A stretch of DNA of 64,000 bases, from assembly GCA_963823665.1 (NCBI GenBank), contig CAWGMQ010000007.1, positions 416,001-480,000 on the forward strand. The letters are read 5' to 3'. Shown here one piece after another: positions 51,014 through 62,134 of this stretch (positions are counted from its first letter, which is position 1; every line of letters begins with the position of its first letter). The stretch is from an uncultured Planctomycetota bacterium. GTDB lineage: Bacteria > Planctomycetota > Planctomycetia > Isosphaerales > Isosphaeraceae. The notes beneath the pieces are model-generated. The model did not search any database. It was not told the origin of the DNA and was given only the letters and a program-made list of their open reading frames with translations. The translations under genes were made by a program, and so were the position numbers.

Positions 51014-51052
51014 GCGAAAACAGAGCACCGAAATACATCCAAGTCCAAAGTC

Positions 51053-52705
51053 ATGAGCAAGTACATTGTTCGTTTCGTTGCGGTGATGATCGGGGTGCTC
51101 CTGGTCACTACGATCGGCGTGATGGCGCTGGACGACAAGGCCGAGTCACCGATTGAAGTCTACGAGTGGTCGGTCTGGGTGGGTAATCCTGCTCAGCCGG
51201 CGCTCAATGCCTCGCGCATTTACAACAACGCGATGCCTGGCGTCGTGGGCACGAGCCGGCCGAAGCTCGAAGAGAAGGAGGCGGCATCGCGCTTTCCGCT
51301 CTCGCCGATATCGGTGGTGCAGTTCTTCGGCTCTGAAGCCCGCGACGTGGACGTGGATCTCAAAGTGAAGAAGGGCACATTCCTGGCTCACTGGCCGGCC
51401 AGCAACGAGCGCGGGGGACGGCTCCAGTGGTTCAAGTCGGACTTGTCGAATGCCGCCCCTTCGCAGATTCCGCCGAGTTACCTGCCTGAGACGCACTGGC
51501 TGGCAAAACTCCGTGACGCAGACTCGGCGCTCTATCTGAAGTACGAGTCTCACTTCGAGCGATTCATCACGTACGACACCGAGCTGTCGCTGCCGATTCC
51601 GCTGCGCATTCGCGGCGGACCGGACGAATACACCTTGCAGAATCTTTCGGGCCAGCGGCTGCTTGATGTGGCGATCATCGTGCCGACGCCCGAGGGCTAC
51701 CGGGTCGGATGGCTCGATGAGCTGCCGACCGCCGCGCCTGAAGACGAGAAGGAAAAGGAAAAGAAGAAGAAAGACGAGGATGTGGCCAAGAAGAAGACCG
51801 AAAAGGAGAAAGCCGACGCCTTCTTCAAAGAAGACGAAAAGAAGAAGAAGGACGACGAGCCGCCGCCGCTGCCTGCCGAGGGAGATGCGAGTGTCAAAGC
51901 CAGGGTCGACCAGCAGCTCAACCGACCGGTCGTCGTGACAGTCGAAAAGGCTCCGCGGCGCAACGTGCTGGACATGATCACCGGTCAGATTCGACTGCGG
52001 TATGAGCTGGACGATCGCACGCTGGCGCAGGCCGACATCAATCTCACGCAGACAACGAGCATGAACGCCAACGGCATCGCCGCTCGCGACGCCCTGGCCG
52101 AGTTGCTCGGCAACCTGGGGCTCAGCTACCGTGTCGCCGACGACGGCCGGCTCTTCATCACCACAGCGGCGCGGCTCTCCGAGGATGCGAGCAAGAAAGG
52201 CGCCGTGATCGAGGGCCCGCCCGTCAAGGTGGTGATGCCGCCGGCGATGAAGGCGTCGAACCCATCGTATGCCGAAATCACACGGCTGGCGCTGGCCCGC
52301 CGTATGGCGGGGCAAGGCCAGCGCGAAAGCGTCGTGCAGACGCTCTTGTCCCAGTACGGCAAAGCCCTCTTCGAGCCGCCGGAGCTGATTGTTCTGGTTC
52401 ATCTGTCGCGGGCCGCGATTGACGATGCGATTGCCCTCGACGTGTTTCCGCCACCCAAGAAGCTGGTGAGAACGGCCCTCCTTGTTGTGCATGGCGTCGA
52501 CCCGCGCCTTCAGGACCGCGCACGGGCGCTGGTCCAGCAGCTTGGCGACCAATCCCCGAGGGTGCGGGATACGGCTGAGAACAACCTTTCCGCGATGGGG
52601 CCCGTCGCCGTGCCCGCACTCGAAGACGCGCTGATCAACAAGGATGTGGAGATCGTCTTCCGCGCCGAAAGGCTGCTGCTGAAACTGAATCGACCAGTGC
52701 CGTGA
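51053..52705 (+). CDS. Exported protein with an STN/secretin-N-like segment and C-terminal HEAT repeat
   Basis: RDALAELL..LGLSYRV.DD..LFITT; LVQQLGD.SPRVRDTA...L..MG..AVPAL. Confidence 0.65.
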   Translation: MSKYIVRFVAVMIGVLLVTTIGVMALDDKAESPIEVYEWSVWVGNPAQPALNASRIYNNAMPGVVGTSRPKLEEKEAASRFPLSPISVVQFFGSEARDVDVDLKVKKGTFLAHWPASNERGGRLQWFKSDLSNAAPSQIPPSYLPETHWLAKLRDADSALYLKYESHFERFITYDTELSLPIPLRIRGGPDEYTLQNLSGQRLLDVAIIVPTPEGYRVGWLDELPTAAPEDEKEKEKKKKDEDVAKKKTEKEKADAFFKEDEKKKKDDEPPPLPAEGDASVKARVDQQLNRPVVVTVEKAPRRNVLDMITGQIRLRYELDDRTLAQADINLTQTTSMNANGIAARDALAELLGNLGLSYRVADDGRLFITTAARLSEDASKKGAVIEGPPVKVVMPPAMKASNPSYAEITRLALARRMAGQGQRESVVQTLLSQYGKALFEPPELIVLVHLSRAAIDDAIALDVFPPPKKLVRTALLVVHGVDPRLQDRARALVQQLGDQSPRVRDTAENNLSAMGPVAVPALEDALINKDVEIVFRAERLLLKLNRPVP

Positions 52706-52721
52706 AGCTGGAGGGGATAGC

Positions 52722-53757
52722 ATGATGCGAATCAAACGGCTACTGGTGACCGGCTGCTGCGGATTCATCGGCTCGAATTTCGTCCGCTTCGTGCTCGAGT
52801 CGGATCCGAACATCGAAATCACCAATCTTGATGCGCTCACTTATGCGGGAAATCCCGATAACCTGGCAGAGATCGAGAAGAGCCCGCGCTACCGATTCGA
52901 GCTGGGGGACATCGCCGAAGGGCCCATGGTGCTGGCCCTGGTGGCGGACGGAAAGTTCGACGCGGTCGTGAACTTCGCGGCCGAAAGCCACGTCGACCGC
53001 TCGATCAACGACGCGACGCCGTTTCTGCGCACCAACGTGGTCGGTACGCAGTGTCTGCTGGACGCGGCCCGTGCAGCGGGTGTGCCGCGGTTTGTGCAAG
53101 TCTCGACCGATGAGGTTTACGGCACTCTGGGCCCGGATGACCCCGAATTCTCTGAGACCACGCCGCTGGCACCCAACAGCCCTTATGCCGCCAGCAAGGC
53201 CGGCGCGGATCTTCTGGTACGCGCGGCCCACCACACGTTCGGCATGGACACGGTCATCACCCGATGCTCGAACAATTACGGCCCGTTTCAATTTCCCGAG
53301 AAGTTGATCCCGTTGTTCATTACCAATGCGATGGCCGAGGTTCACGTGCCGGTGTACGGAGACGGCCGCCAGGTACGCGATTGGATTCACGTCCTGGATC
53401 ACTGCCGCGGCATCGACGCGGCCCTGCGCCGGGGCCGCGCGGGCGAAGTCTACAACTTCGGTGGACGTAGCGAACGATACAACATTGACGTCACTCGCAC
53501 GATTCTCCGGCTCTGTGGCAAGACGGAAGGTTCTCATTCGCTACGTCACCGACCGGCCGGGGCACGATCGACGTTACGCGATCAACTGTAATAAGGCCGA
53601 ATCGGAATTGGGGTGGCGCCCGACCGTGTCCTTCGAAGACGGACTCGCGGATACGGTCTCGTGGTACAAAGCGCACACGCGCTGGATCGAGCGTGTTCGG
53701 TCGGGCGCGTATCGCGGTGGTCAATCGGAGAGCAGCGCCCCAAAGGCGGAAACTTGA
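52722..53757 (+). CDS. rfbB: dTDP-glucose 4,6-dehydratase; frameshift near 53530
   Basis: VTGCCGFIGSNF, DALTYAGN, FAAESHVDRSI, STDEVYG, YAASK, DRPGHDRRYA. Confidence 0.93.
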
Positions 53758-53860
53758 AAGCAGCTTCGACCCAGCCGCGTCCTTTACCGCGTCCGGGATC
53801 GCCGGTTTCCCGTGGGGGCGATGCGGCGCCCGAGGCGAAGTCGCCGCCATGTCTAAAAGT

Positions 53861-54770
53861 TTATGGGCTGGTGAAGGTCACACCAGTTCCCGATACGAAG
53901 CCGACGGTCGGCTGGAGGTTTGCGGCCGCACCGGTGTTGAACGTCGAGAGTAACGTTGTGACATTATTGGTGAACTGCGTCTGGAATGCCCCTAAGGCTT
54001 GGGACATTGCCGTGTCGACGCTGTTGATCGCCGTGTTCATCGCGCTAACGGCCTGCGTGAACGAGTTACTGAAGGTTTGCGTGCTGATGATGCCGATTCC
54101 GGTTGTCGCTGGCGTGGTCGTAGCTCCAGTCGTTGTGCTTGCGCCACTGCCCACCTTGCTCAGCGAGCTGCTGGCAGTGCTGATCTGACTGGTTGCAGCG
54201 CTTATCTGGCTCTGGACTCTTGACGTGAGGGAGTTGACAGCGCTTGTGAGACCGGCGCGGGCGAGATCGAAGTTGTTTTCGAGCGCGTTTGCCGGAACGC
54301 CCAATTGCAGACTGAGCTTGTCCAGCGGCTTCGCAACGATTCCGAACTCCTGCTCGAAGCCGTTGTTGAGCTGAGTCACCCGGGTGTTGAAGGAGGAGAC
54401 GATCTGTTCCAGTTGATTGTTGATCGCCTGAGCGTGGCTCACCAAACCGACCGGGGAACTCACATTCACGCTGGCGTTCACGCGTTGGACCTGCACTTGC
54501 GCGGACAGCCACGCGTGCGAACACGCTCTCCAAGTAATCGGTCCGGTTGACGACGAACGATTTGAGATGTTTCGAGTTGGCCATGAATCCGTGGTCGACC
54601 CGATCGAGCGCTCGCTCGAACGTCCGCACCTGGGCGACACTGAACGGACTCGGTGCCGGCAGCGGAGTGGCGGGTAGGGGGACGCCAGCGTTCAAGGCGA
54701 GACGGTCTTCGAGCATCTCAGCGGAACCAACGAACTTGCGCTTTCTGGATTTGGATTGGCAGCGGCTCAT
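53861..54770 (-). CDS. Ser/Thr/Asn/Gln-rich protein with a LEPRxLL-type planctomycete extracellular N-terminal motif; frameshift near 54500
   Basis: KSRKRKFVGSAEMLEDRLAL, joined to ORF 53861-54640. Confidence 0.7.
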
Positions 54771-54989
54771 GGTTGAACTTCTTTGCGAGTCAGTGTGCGG
54801 ATTGGCCCATTCGGAGCAATCCGTCGGATCGGAATCAAACGACTTCTGCTGACAGGTCCTTCAATGCACAGCGCGTGCCAATCCCGGCAGGACGGCATTC
54901 CTGCGAGTGGAAGGCGTTCGGCGTTAACCGCCTCATCTTGGCGAATTGAACTGGGTTTTCCTGGAAGAACCGGTGTCCGAAAAAGCTCG

Positions 54990-56018
54990 TCATGGAACCT
55001 CGAACACTTCGCCACCATTACGCGTCACGATGCCCTCAAGCACTTTCGGGCTGAGGGGATTCGTCGGCGTGCTCTTGAGAAAGCGAACTGAACCGTCGGC
55101 GAACAGCGCATTGAGGCCGGATGGATGCTTGCTCCCCATTCCGATCGTCGGGTCGTTCAGCGGGGCGAACGCCAGATCGTCAGGCTTGCTCCACGGAACA
55201 GCTCTTGCTGCTTCCACGACAAGCACGGTATTGCCTGGCCCGTCCGTCACCTCGTCGAGAGCAACGCCCACTGGCTTGCCGGTGAACATCGCACGGGGGT
55301 CAACAATGACCTGGTACGGTGTGGTCGTTCTCGAGCTCGGTTCTGTGCTCGGGCACTGATAAACGTTGAGTGCGATGTCGCTCAGTGGCTTGTTGTGCGG
55401 GCTGTCCCACGGCTCGTCGAGGTGAAACTGCTGGTAGAGCGGGTTCTGCTCGAGATATGGGAGCACCAGCACTCGCCAGCTCAGGAGCGGCTTGCCACTG
55501 GCGTCAAACGTGGCTGCGGGCGGAAATGTGCCATAGGAACTTTCGTAATTCATCAGCGCGAGGCCGATCTGTTTGAGGTTGTTCGTGCACTGCGCACGGC
55601 GAGCGGCTTCGCGTGCGGCCCCGACGGCGGGAAGCAGCAGGGCGATCAACATGAGGGGCACAAACACGAGCGACCACAGACTTCCCAGCACGATTCCTGT
55701 GATCGCAAAACCTCTGCCCGTCACATTCTTCTTGGGGTTGCTGATGTCGCTCAAACCCATGATCCCGAAAATGACGGCGGGCACACCAGTGATGCAACCC
55801 AGACAAAAGCACAACCCCAGCACGAAACTCGTGACGGCCTTGCCGCTCATTGCCGGCGGAGGCAATTCGTGGAGTGGCGCGAAGTCGCTTTCGGCGCGAG
55901 GTTTCAGGTGCGGCACGATCAGCTCCCGCTGACAAGTCGGGCATCGCCCCCGCCGTCCTGCGTTCTCGTCCCCGGTCTCAAATTCCTTGCCGCACTCGCA
56001 TCGAATGATAATCGACAT
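54990..56018 (-). CDS. DUF1559 pilin-like protein with N-terminal Zn ribbon and DUF4190-like TM pair
   Basis: CECGK...[46 protein letters not shown]9-DG ([12 protein letters not shown]). Confidence 0.9.
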   Translation of the reverse strand: MSIIIRCECGKEFETGDENAGRRGRCPTCQRELIVPHLKPRAESDFAPLHELPPPAMSGKAVTSFVLGLCFCLGCITGVPAVIFGIMGLSDISNPKKNVTGRGFAITGIVLGSLWSLVFVPLMLIALLLPAVGAAREAARRAQCTNNLKQIGLALMNYESSYGTFPPAATFDASGKPLLSWRVLVLPYLEQNPLYQQFHLDEPWDSPHNKPLSDIALNVYQCPSTEPSSRTTTPYQVIVDPRAMFTGKPVGVALDEVTDGPGNTVLVVEAARAVPWSKPDDLAFAPLNDPTIGMGSKHPSGLNALFADGSVRFLKSTPTNPLSPKVLEGIVTRNGGEVFEVP

Positions 56019-56264
56019 GATGGTCGTCCTCAGGCGCCGCTATATCGAGTCTCAAAGCCCCGTCAGCCTCCATTGAGACTGAAGGAATAACCACGATTCT
56101 ACTGAAGAACCAAGCCGTTGCCGATCGTGAAGACTCGCACCGCCAGTTCGATTCGACTGCATCAACTGACAATGGCCATCCACCGATTCCCTTTTTCCAC
56201 CAAACTGCTGACTATCCCCTCGAACTACTGTATCTTCGATCGTTGAAAGGGAGGGCGATGATCC

Positions 56265-57419
56265 ATGCGAAAGAGTGCGTCGTTGATTGTGTCGGTCGTG
56301 GCAGTGATGGCGACTTCTGGATTCGTTGCTTCCGGCAGCGAAACGCATGCAACGGACGGTCCGCAGGGCCAGAGGAGTTGCGAAAAGATGGACTTCGGCA
56401 AGACCCCGGAGGGCACTCCGGTCGAGATGTACGTGCTCTCGAACGGCAAGATGACAGTGAAGGTCATCACGTACGGCGCGATCGTGACCGAGATCAATGT
56501 GCCTGACCGCAACGGCAAACTGGCGGATGTCGTCCTCGGCTTCGAAAACCTGGAAGGGTACCTGGGCGGGCATCCCTATTTCGGCGCGGCCACGGGACGC
56601 GTCGCCAACCGGATCGCCAAGGCGAGATTCACGCTCGAGGGTAAGGAATACAAACTCGCCGCCAACAACGGGCCCAACACGCTGCACGGGGGCATCAAAG
56701 CATTCGACAAGGTCGTCTGGAAAGCATCTGAAGTGTCTGGGCCCCCGGGGCCGGCCGTGAAGATGTCGTACCTGAGCCCGGACGGCGAAGAGGGCTTTCC
56801 CGGCAATCTCTCCGTTACGGTAACCTACACCGTAACGGCCGATAACGCGCTGAGAATCGATTACGCGGCGACCACCGACAAACCCACGCCCGTGAACATC
56901 ACCAATCACAGTTACTTCAACCTCGCCGGACCGGCCGCCGGCTCCGTCCTGGGCCACGAATTGATGCTGGCGGCTGACCTCTACACGCCGGTCGATGACA
57001 CACTGATCCCGACCGGCGAGATCACCTCCGTGCAAGGCACTCCGCTCGATTTCACGAGACCGGCCACGCTGGGTTCGCGCATTGCCGAATTGAAGGGTGA
57101 GCCCGGCGGCTACGATCACAACTACGTCCTGCGCAGCGGCGGTAAGGAGCTCTCGCTCGCCGCCCGCGTGACCGAGCCTGTAAGCGGTCGGATCCTGGAG
57201 ATGTTCACGACCGAGCCGGCCGTGCAGCTCTACACCGCCAACTTCCTGGATGGAACTCTCAAGGGCAAGCACGAGGTCGTCTACAAGAAACAGCAGGCGT
57301 TTTGTCTCGAGGCCCAACATTATCCCGACTCGGCAAACCAGCCCAAGTTTCCGTCGACAATCCTTCGACCCGGATCGACATACACCCAGACGACAATCTA
57401 CAAGTTCAGTGCGAGCTAG
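56265..57419 (+). CDS. galM: Aldose 1-epimerase, exported
   Basis: GRVANRIA, NTLHGG, GEEGFPG, TNHSYFNL, GYDHNY, FCLEAQHYPD. Confidence 0.93.
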   Translation: MRKSASLIVSVVAVMATSGFVASGSETHATDGPQGQRSCEKMDFGKTPEGTPVEMYVLSNGKMTVKVITYGAIVTEINVPDRNGKLADVVLGFENLEGYLGGHPYFGAATGRVANRIAKARFTLEGKEYKLAANNGPNTLHGGIKAFDKVVWKASEVSGPPGPAVKMSYLSPDGEEGFPGNLSVTVTYTVTADNALRIDYAATTDKPTPVNITNHSYFNLAGPAAGSVLGHELMLAADLYTPVDDTLIPTGEITSVQGTPLDFTRPATLGSRIAELKGEPGGYDHNYVLRSGGKELSLAARVTEPVSGRILEMFTTEPAVQLYTANFLDGTLKGKHEVVYKKQQAFCLEAQHYPDSANQPKFPSTILRPGSTYTQTTIYKFSAS

Positions 57420-57545
57420 AGCAGCGAAACTACATTCGAGCAACCAAGCTGGCCGCTGCGCCCGAAGTTGAGACTCCTTTCCGCAGATGTTCCTTTTTTT
57501 GCCCTTCCCCACGAGCCGATGAGGAGAGGGCCATGGTGAGTGCCG

Positions 57546-58667
57546 ATGAAAGCCGTAGCCGTATTGCCCGGCAAGCCGAATAGTGTGCATCTACGAGAGA
57601 TTCCTGTTCCGAAAGTCACTGACCAGCCTCATCCTCACGTGTGCAAAATCCCTCACGGACGTGGCGTGCTCGTGAAGGTGTTGCAAGTCGGCGTCGATGC
57701 GACTGACCGTGAGATCAATGAGGCCCTTTACGGCAACGCCCCTCCCGGCGGCGAGCACCTGGTCATCGGGCACGAGAGCTTCGGTCAGGTGGTCGAAGTT
57801 GGAGACAGGGTCAAGGAGTTCCGTCCGGGTGACTACGTCTCCTGCACGGTTCGCCGTCCGGGCGAATCGATCTTCGATTTGATCGGCAGGAACGATATCA
57901 CCAGCGACGAGGTCTACTTCGAGCGAGGGATCAATCTCTGTCACGGTTACCTGACCGAGTACTTCGTCGACGACGCGGAATACATGGTGAACGTTCCCCA
58001 GAACCTCAAGCATCTCGGCGTACTCGCCGAGCCGGCCAGCGTCTGCGCCAAGGCTATCGAACAGGCCTTTCTGGCCCAGCAGCGGCTGCAAGTTTGGGAC
58101 CCGAAACGGGCTTTCGTGCTCGGGTCGGGCCAGATCGGCTTGCTCGCCACGATGATGCTGCGGCTTCGAGGAATCGAGGTCCACACGATTGCCACGCGGC
58201 CGGGGCCGCACCGGAAGTCGTCCATCGCCGAAGCGTACGGCGCCCATTACGTGAGCACGAAACAGCAATCGCTCGCGAGCCTCGCCGCGGAGGTCGGAAA
58301 GCCCGACCTGATATTCGAAGCGACCGGAAACGCCGAAATCTGCTTCCGCGCGATGGAGGTCCTCGGTCATAACGGAGCGCTCATCTGGACGAGCATCACC
58401 GGCGGCAAGCACGACGTCTCGATCGACGCCGCCAAGATCAACATCGAATGGGTTCTCGGGAACAAGCTGCTCGTCTCGAGCGTCAACGGCAACCGCCGCC
58501 ATTTCGAGCTGGGTATGCAAGCGCTCTCGCACGGCGAGCTGACCTACCCCGGCGCGACCGACAAGATCCTCACGCATCCGATCCAGGGGCTCGAGTCCTA
58601 CAAGGAAATGATGCAACTGCTCGAGGAAAAAGAGGCGCTCAAGGTCTATGTCAACGTCGCCGGATGA
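57546..58667 (+). CDS. Zn-dependent glucose 1-dehydrogenase (archaeal-type MDR)
   Basis: [10 protein letters not shown]....YG.AP, GHESFG, TVRRP, ERGI...[11 protein letters not shown]. Confidence 0.85.
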   Translation: MKAVAVLPGKPNSVHLREIPVPKVTDQPHPHVCKIPHGRGVLVKVLQVGVDATDREINEALYGNAPPGGEHLVIGHESFGQVVEVGDRVKEFRPGDYVSCTVRRPGESIFDLIGRNDITSDEVYFERGINLCHGYLTEYFVDDAEYMVNVPQNLKHLGVLAEPASVCAKAIEQAFLAQQRLQVWDPKRAFVLGSGQIGLLATMMLRLRGIEVHTIATRPGPHRKSSIAEAYGAHYVSTKQQSLASLAAEVGKPDLIFEATGNAEICFRAMEVLGHNGALIWTSITGGKHDVSIDAAKINIEWVLGNKLLVSSVNGNRRHFELGMQALSHGELTYPGATDKILTHPIQGLESYKEMMQLLEEKEALKVYVNVAG

Positions 58668-58734
58668 CGAGTGGTTCATTTTCGATCCGGCTGAGCTTTT
58701 TCTACTCGCACGGCTACGAGTGGGGTAAACAGCG

Positions 58735-59817
58735 ATGGGTGGACTCTCGATTCGGAAAGATCCCTGCGAGCTCGACTTCCTCTCGCTCGGTGCGCTCGTG
58801 CATCGGCTCGACCCCGGCGTGATTCCGTTCCGGAAGGCGCGGTCGGTTGACATTCACGTCTCCGGCGGCGAATACAATGTGGCCGCCGGTCTCGCTGACT
58901 GTTTCGGAATGAAGACGGGCGTCGCGACCGCAATGGTCAATTATCCGATCGGAGAGCTCATCCAGAGCCGCGTGCGGGAAACCGGTGTGACTCCGTTCTA
59001 CAAATGGTTCGAGCACGACGGCGTCCGCGGGCCCAATATGGCCACCGTTTATAGCGATCGCGGCTACGGCGTGCGCCCGCCGGTCGTCTTCTACAACCGC
59101 TCGAATGAAGCCGGCGCTCTGCTCAAGCCCGGCGACTTCAACTGGGCGGAGCTTTTCGGCCGCGGCGTACGCTGGTTCCATTCCGGCGGCATCTTCGCCT
59201 CGCTTTCCGAGACCACGGCCCCTCTGATCATCGAGGGAATGCAGGCAGCCAAGGCTTCCGGCGCCGTCACCTCGTTTGACCTCAACTATCGCGCCAAGCT
59301 CTGGGCGGCCGTCGGCGGCGCCGAGCACGGCCAGCAAGTCATCAAGCGCATCGCCAGCCATCTCGACGCGTTGATCGGAAACGAAGAAGACCTTCAAAAA
59401 GGGCTGGGCGTCCCAGGGCCTGAGGTCACCGGCAAGTCGAGTCTCGACCCCGATAGCTTCTTCGTCCTGATCGATCGCGTCGTCGAACGCCATCCCAACA
59501 TCAAGCTCGTCGCAACGACCCTTCGCGAGGTGCATTCGACCAATCGCCACGATTGGGCCGCCGTTCTCTGGCTGGACGGCAAGCGGTACGTCAGCCCGAC
59601 CCGTGAGCTCGACGTCCTGGACCGAATCGGCGGCGGCGACGGCTTCGCCGCCGGGCTGATCTACGGCCTCTTGTCGGGCCGATCGCCCGAAGACTCCCTC
59701 AGGCTCGGTTGGGCCCATGGTGCTCTGCTGACGACATTCCCCGGCGACGTCACTATGGCCAAGCTGGCCGAGGTCGAGGCGCTCGCCAAAGGCGGCTCGG
59801 CACGCGTCCAGCGATGA
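58735..59817 (+). CDS. kdgK: 2-keto-3-deoxygluconate kinase (PfkB family)
   Basis: GGEYNVA, WFHSGG, SFDLNYRAKLW, GNEED, DRIGGGDGFAAG. Confidence 0.85.
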   Translation: MGGLSIRKDPCELDFLSLGALVHRLDPGVIPFRKARSVDIHVSGGEYNVAAGLADCFGMKTGVATAMVNYPIGELIQSRVRETGVTPFYKWFEHDGVRGPNMATVYSDRGYGVRPPVVFYNRSNEAGALLKPGDFNWAELFGRGVRWFHSGGIFASLSETTAPLIIEGMQAAKASGAVTSFDLNYRAKLWAAVGGAEHGQQVIKRIASHLDALIGNEEDLQKGLGVPGPEVTGKSSLDPDSFFVLIDRVVERHPNIKLVATTLREVHSTNRHDWAAVLWLDGKRYVSPTRELDVLDRIGGGDGFAAGLIYGLLSGRSPEDSLRLGWAHGALLTTFPGDVTMAKLAEVEALAKGGSARVQR

Positions 59818-59904
59818 GTGCGCGGCGGCCCGCTGCTAGATAATCATGACCATTTAGCTCCTCCCCCTGACAACGCCGGAGCATACTCCGGCGGAGATGC
59901 ACCA

Positions 59905-61051
59905 ATGTTGACCGCCCAGGGATCCAAAACGCGTCGCGATCGACTCTGGCGTGCGCTCCCTTCCGAATGCGACCTGCTCCTCGTCGCCGATCCATCTCAT
60001 CTGATCTATCTCGCCGCATTTGTTCCCTCTCCCTTCGTATTCCGGACAGTCGAATCGGGTGCACTGCTGATTCTGGAACCCGACCGCGCGACGCTGGTCG
60101 CGGACGACATGCTCGGCCCATTTCTCGAGCGGGCGTTCGTCGACGAGGTCCACGCTCCCTGTTGGTATGACGGAAACCACTCCGCCCCGCATCGCCGCCG
60201 GCTGCTCGTCGAGTCCACCCTGAACCGCCTCGCGGCAATGCCGGGCAAACGCATCGGCGTCGAGCTCTCGAGCGTCCCGGCCGGAGTCATCGAAGGTCTG
60301 CGATCGGCTCGAACCGGGCTCGAAATCGTCGACATCGCCCCCATCATCCGCAGGCTCCGGCGCTCGAAAGATCCCGACGAGATCGAAGTCCTCCTTCGCT
60401 CAATGCGGGCCGGGGAAAAGGGACAAGCTGCCGCGCTCGCACAGATCAAGCCGGGCATGTCCGAGCTGGATGCCTATCGAATCGTCCAGAATGCGGCGAT
60501 CGAAGATCTCGGCGAGCCCGCCATCCTCTACGGCGACTTCGCATCCGGCCCCCGTTGCGAGATCGAAAAGGGAGGCTCGCCCACCTCGCGGAGAATCGAG
60601 CCGGGCGACCTTCTGCTCCTTGACTTCTCCGTCGTGGTCTCGGGCTACAGGGGCGATTTCACCAACACGTTCGCCGTGGGCCGCGGCCCGACCGCTCGCC
60701 AGCACGAGCTCTTCGAGGCCTGCATGGGCGCCCTTCACGCCGGCGAAGCCAGCCTGAAGCCGGGCACCCCTGCCCGCGCAGTCGATTCCGCGGTACGCGG
60801 CCACTTCGGTTCCCTGAATCTCGCCCACGCCTTCACCAGCCACTCCGGGCCACGGCCTCGGCCTCGGCCACCCCGAGCCGCCGTACTTCGTTCCCAACAG
60901 CGACGACACCCTCGCCGTCGGCGATGTCGTCGCCCTCGAGCCCGGCCTCTACATCGAAGGCGAAGGCGGAATGCGGATCGAGCGGAACTACTTGATCACG
61001 ACCGACGGTTTCCGGACGCTAAGTCACCACGAGCTCCGCATCACGCAATGA
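59905..61051 (+). CDS. M24 Xaa-Pro peptidase family protein; frameshift near 60848
   Basis: LDFSV...GYRGDFT; after the shift [15 protein letters not shown]...GGMRIE. Confidence 0.88.
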
Positions 61052-61127
61052 CAAGAAAACATCGCGAATTGACGCGGCAGAACCAGCCGTGGCTGGGGTC
61101 CTCAACATCGCGAAGTGGCTCGACCGA

Positions 61128-61957
61128 TCAGAACATGCCCATCCCGCCGCCCATGCCCATGCCCCCCATGCCCATGTTGCCCATCACCGCACGCAACGGC
61201 ATCAGCGTAAAGCCCATTCCCGGGATATAGACCAGCACGTAAATCCCATTGCCGTCGCCGATGCCATACCCGTAGCCGCCGTACCCATAGCCCCCGTTGC
61301 CGTACAAGCCGTAACCATACCCTGAGTTTCCGTACCCCTGACCCCATGAAGTTCGAACCCCAGTAGTTGAAGTTCCTGGAACCGGTACCATTCAGCCCGT
61401 TGTTCGCAAGCCCGTTCCCCAGCGTGTTGAGCCCTTGCGAGGCGTTCGTAGCGTTGGTGGCTCGACTGGCGCTGCGTCAGGTTGCCGGTGCCGGCCTGGC
61501 CCTGTCCGCTCGTGAGCATGTTGTTGTTGGTGCCAAGGCTACTGCGTCCGAGCATCGCTCCGGATCGTGCGGCAACGTGCTGCGTCAGACCGGAACGATT
61601 GCCCATTGTCCCACCGCGGACGCCCGTTCCATTGTTGCCACGTGCCACAGCGCTGGTCGCTCCCCCACGAAGCCCTGACGCGCCAAGTGCGAGTAGGCCG
61701 CCCATTCCGGACAGTCCCACCCATATGCGGATATCCACCCATCCTCGCAAATCCGCCCATGTGAGAAACGCCTCCCATGTGGCTCATGCCCCCCATGTGC
61801 ATTCCTCCGCCGATATGGCCCCCACCCATGTGACCGCCGCCGACCGCCGCCCGTGCCCACCACCGCCATGGCCACCACCGCCGTGCCCACGAGCCGGGGC
61901 AGTTCCTCCCGTTATCACAATCAGGATCGTTACAAGCAGGGCCAGGGTGTGAGTCAT
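61128..61957 (-). CDS. Secreted Gly/His/Met/Tyr-rich low-complexity protein; several frameshifts
   Basis: Signal MTHTLALLVTILIVITGGTAPA, HGGGG and HMGG repeats, a GYGYG block and an MGMGG tail pieced across frames. Confidence 0.6.
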
Positions 61958-62134
61958 ACGTGTGCGCGTCTCAGAACGGGGTTTCATCGCCATTCTCCTG
62001 GGTCGGCTAGCCTCGGGCTCTATTCTATTAGACCCCGCTAACTGCCAAAGGTTTCTCCCGGCCCACCGAATTCCTGACGAGTTGTTCAGTGAGACCTCCG
62101 CCGCAGCTCCTCCCGATTCTCGCGAATCGCCAAT

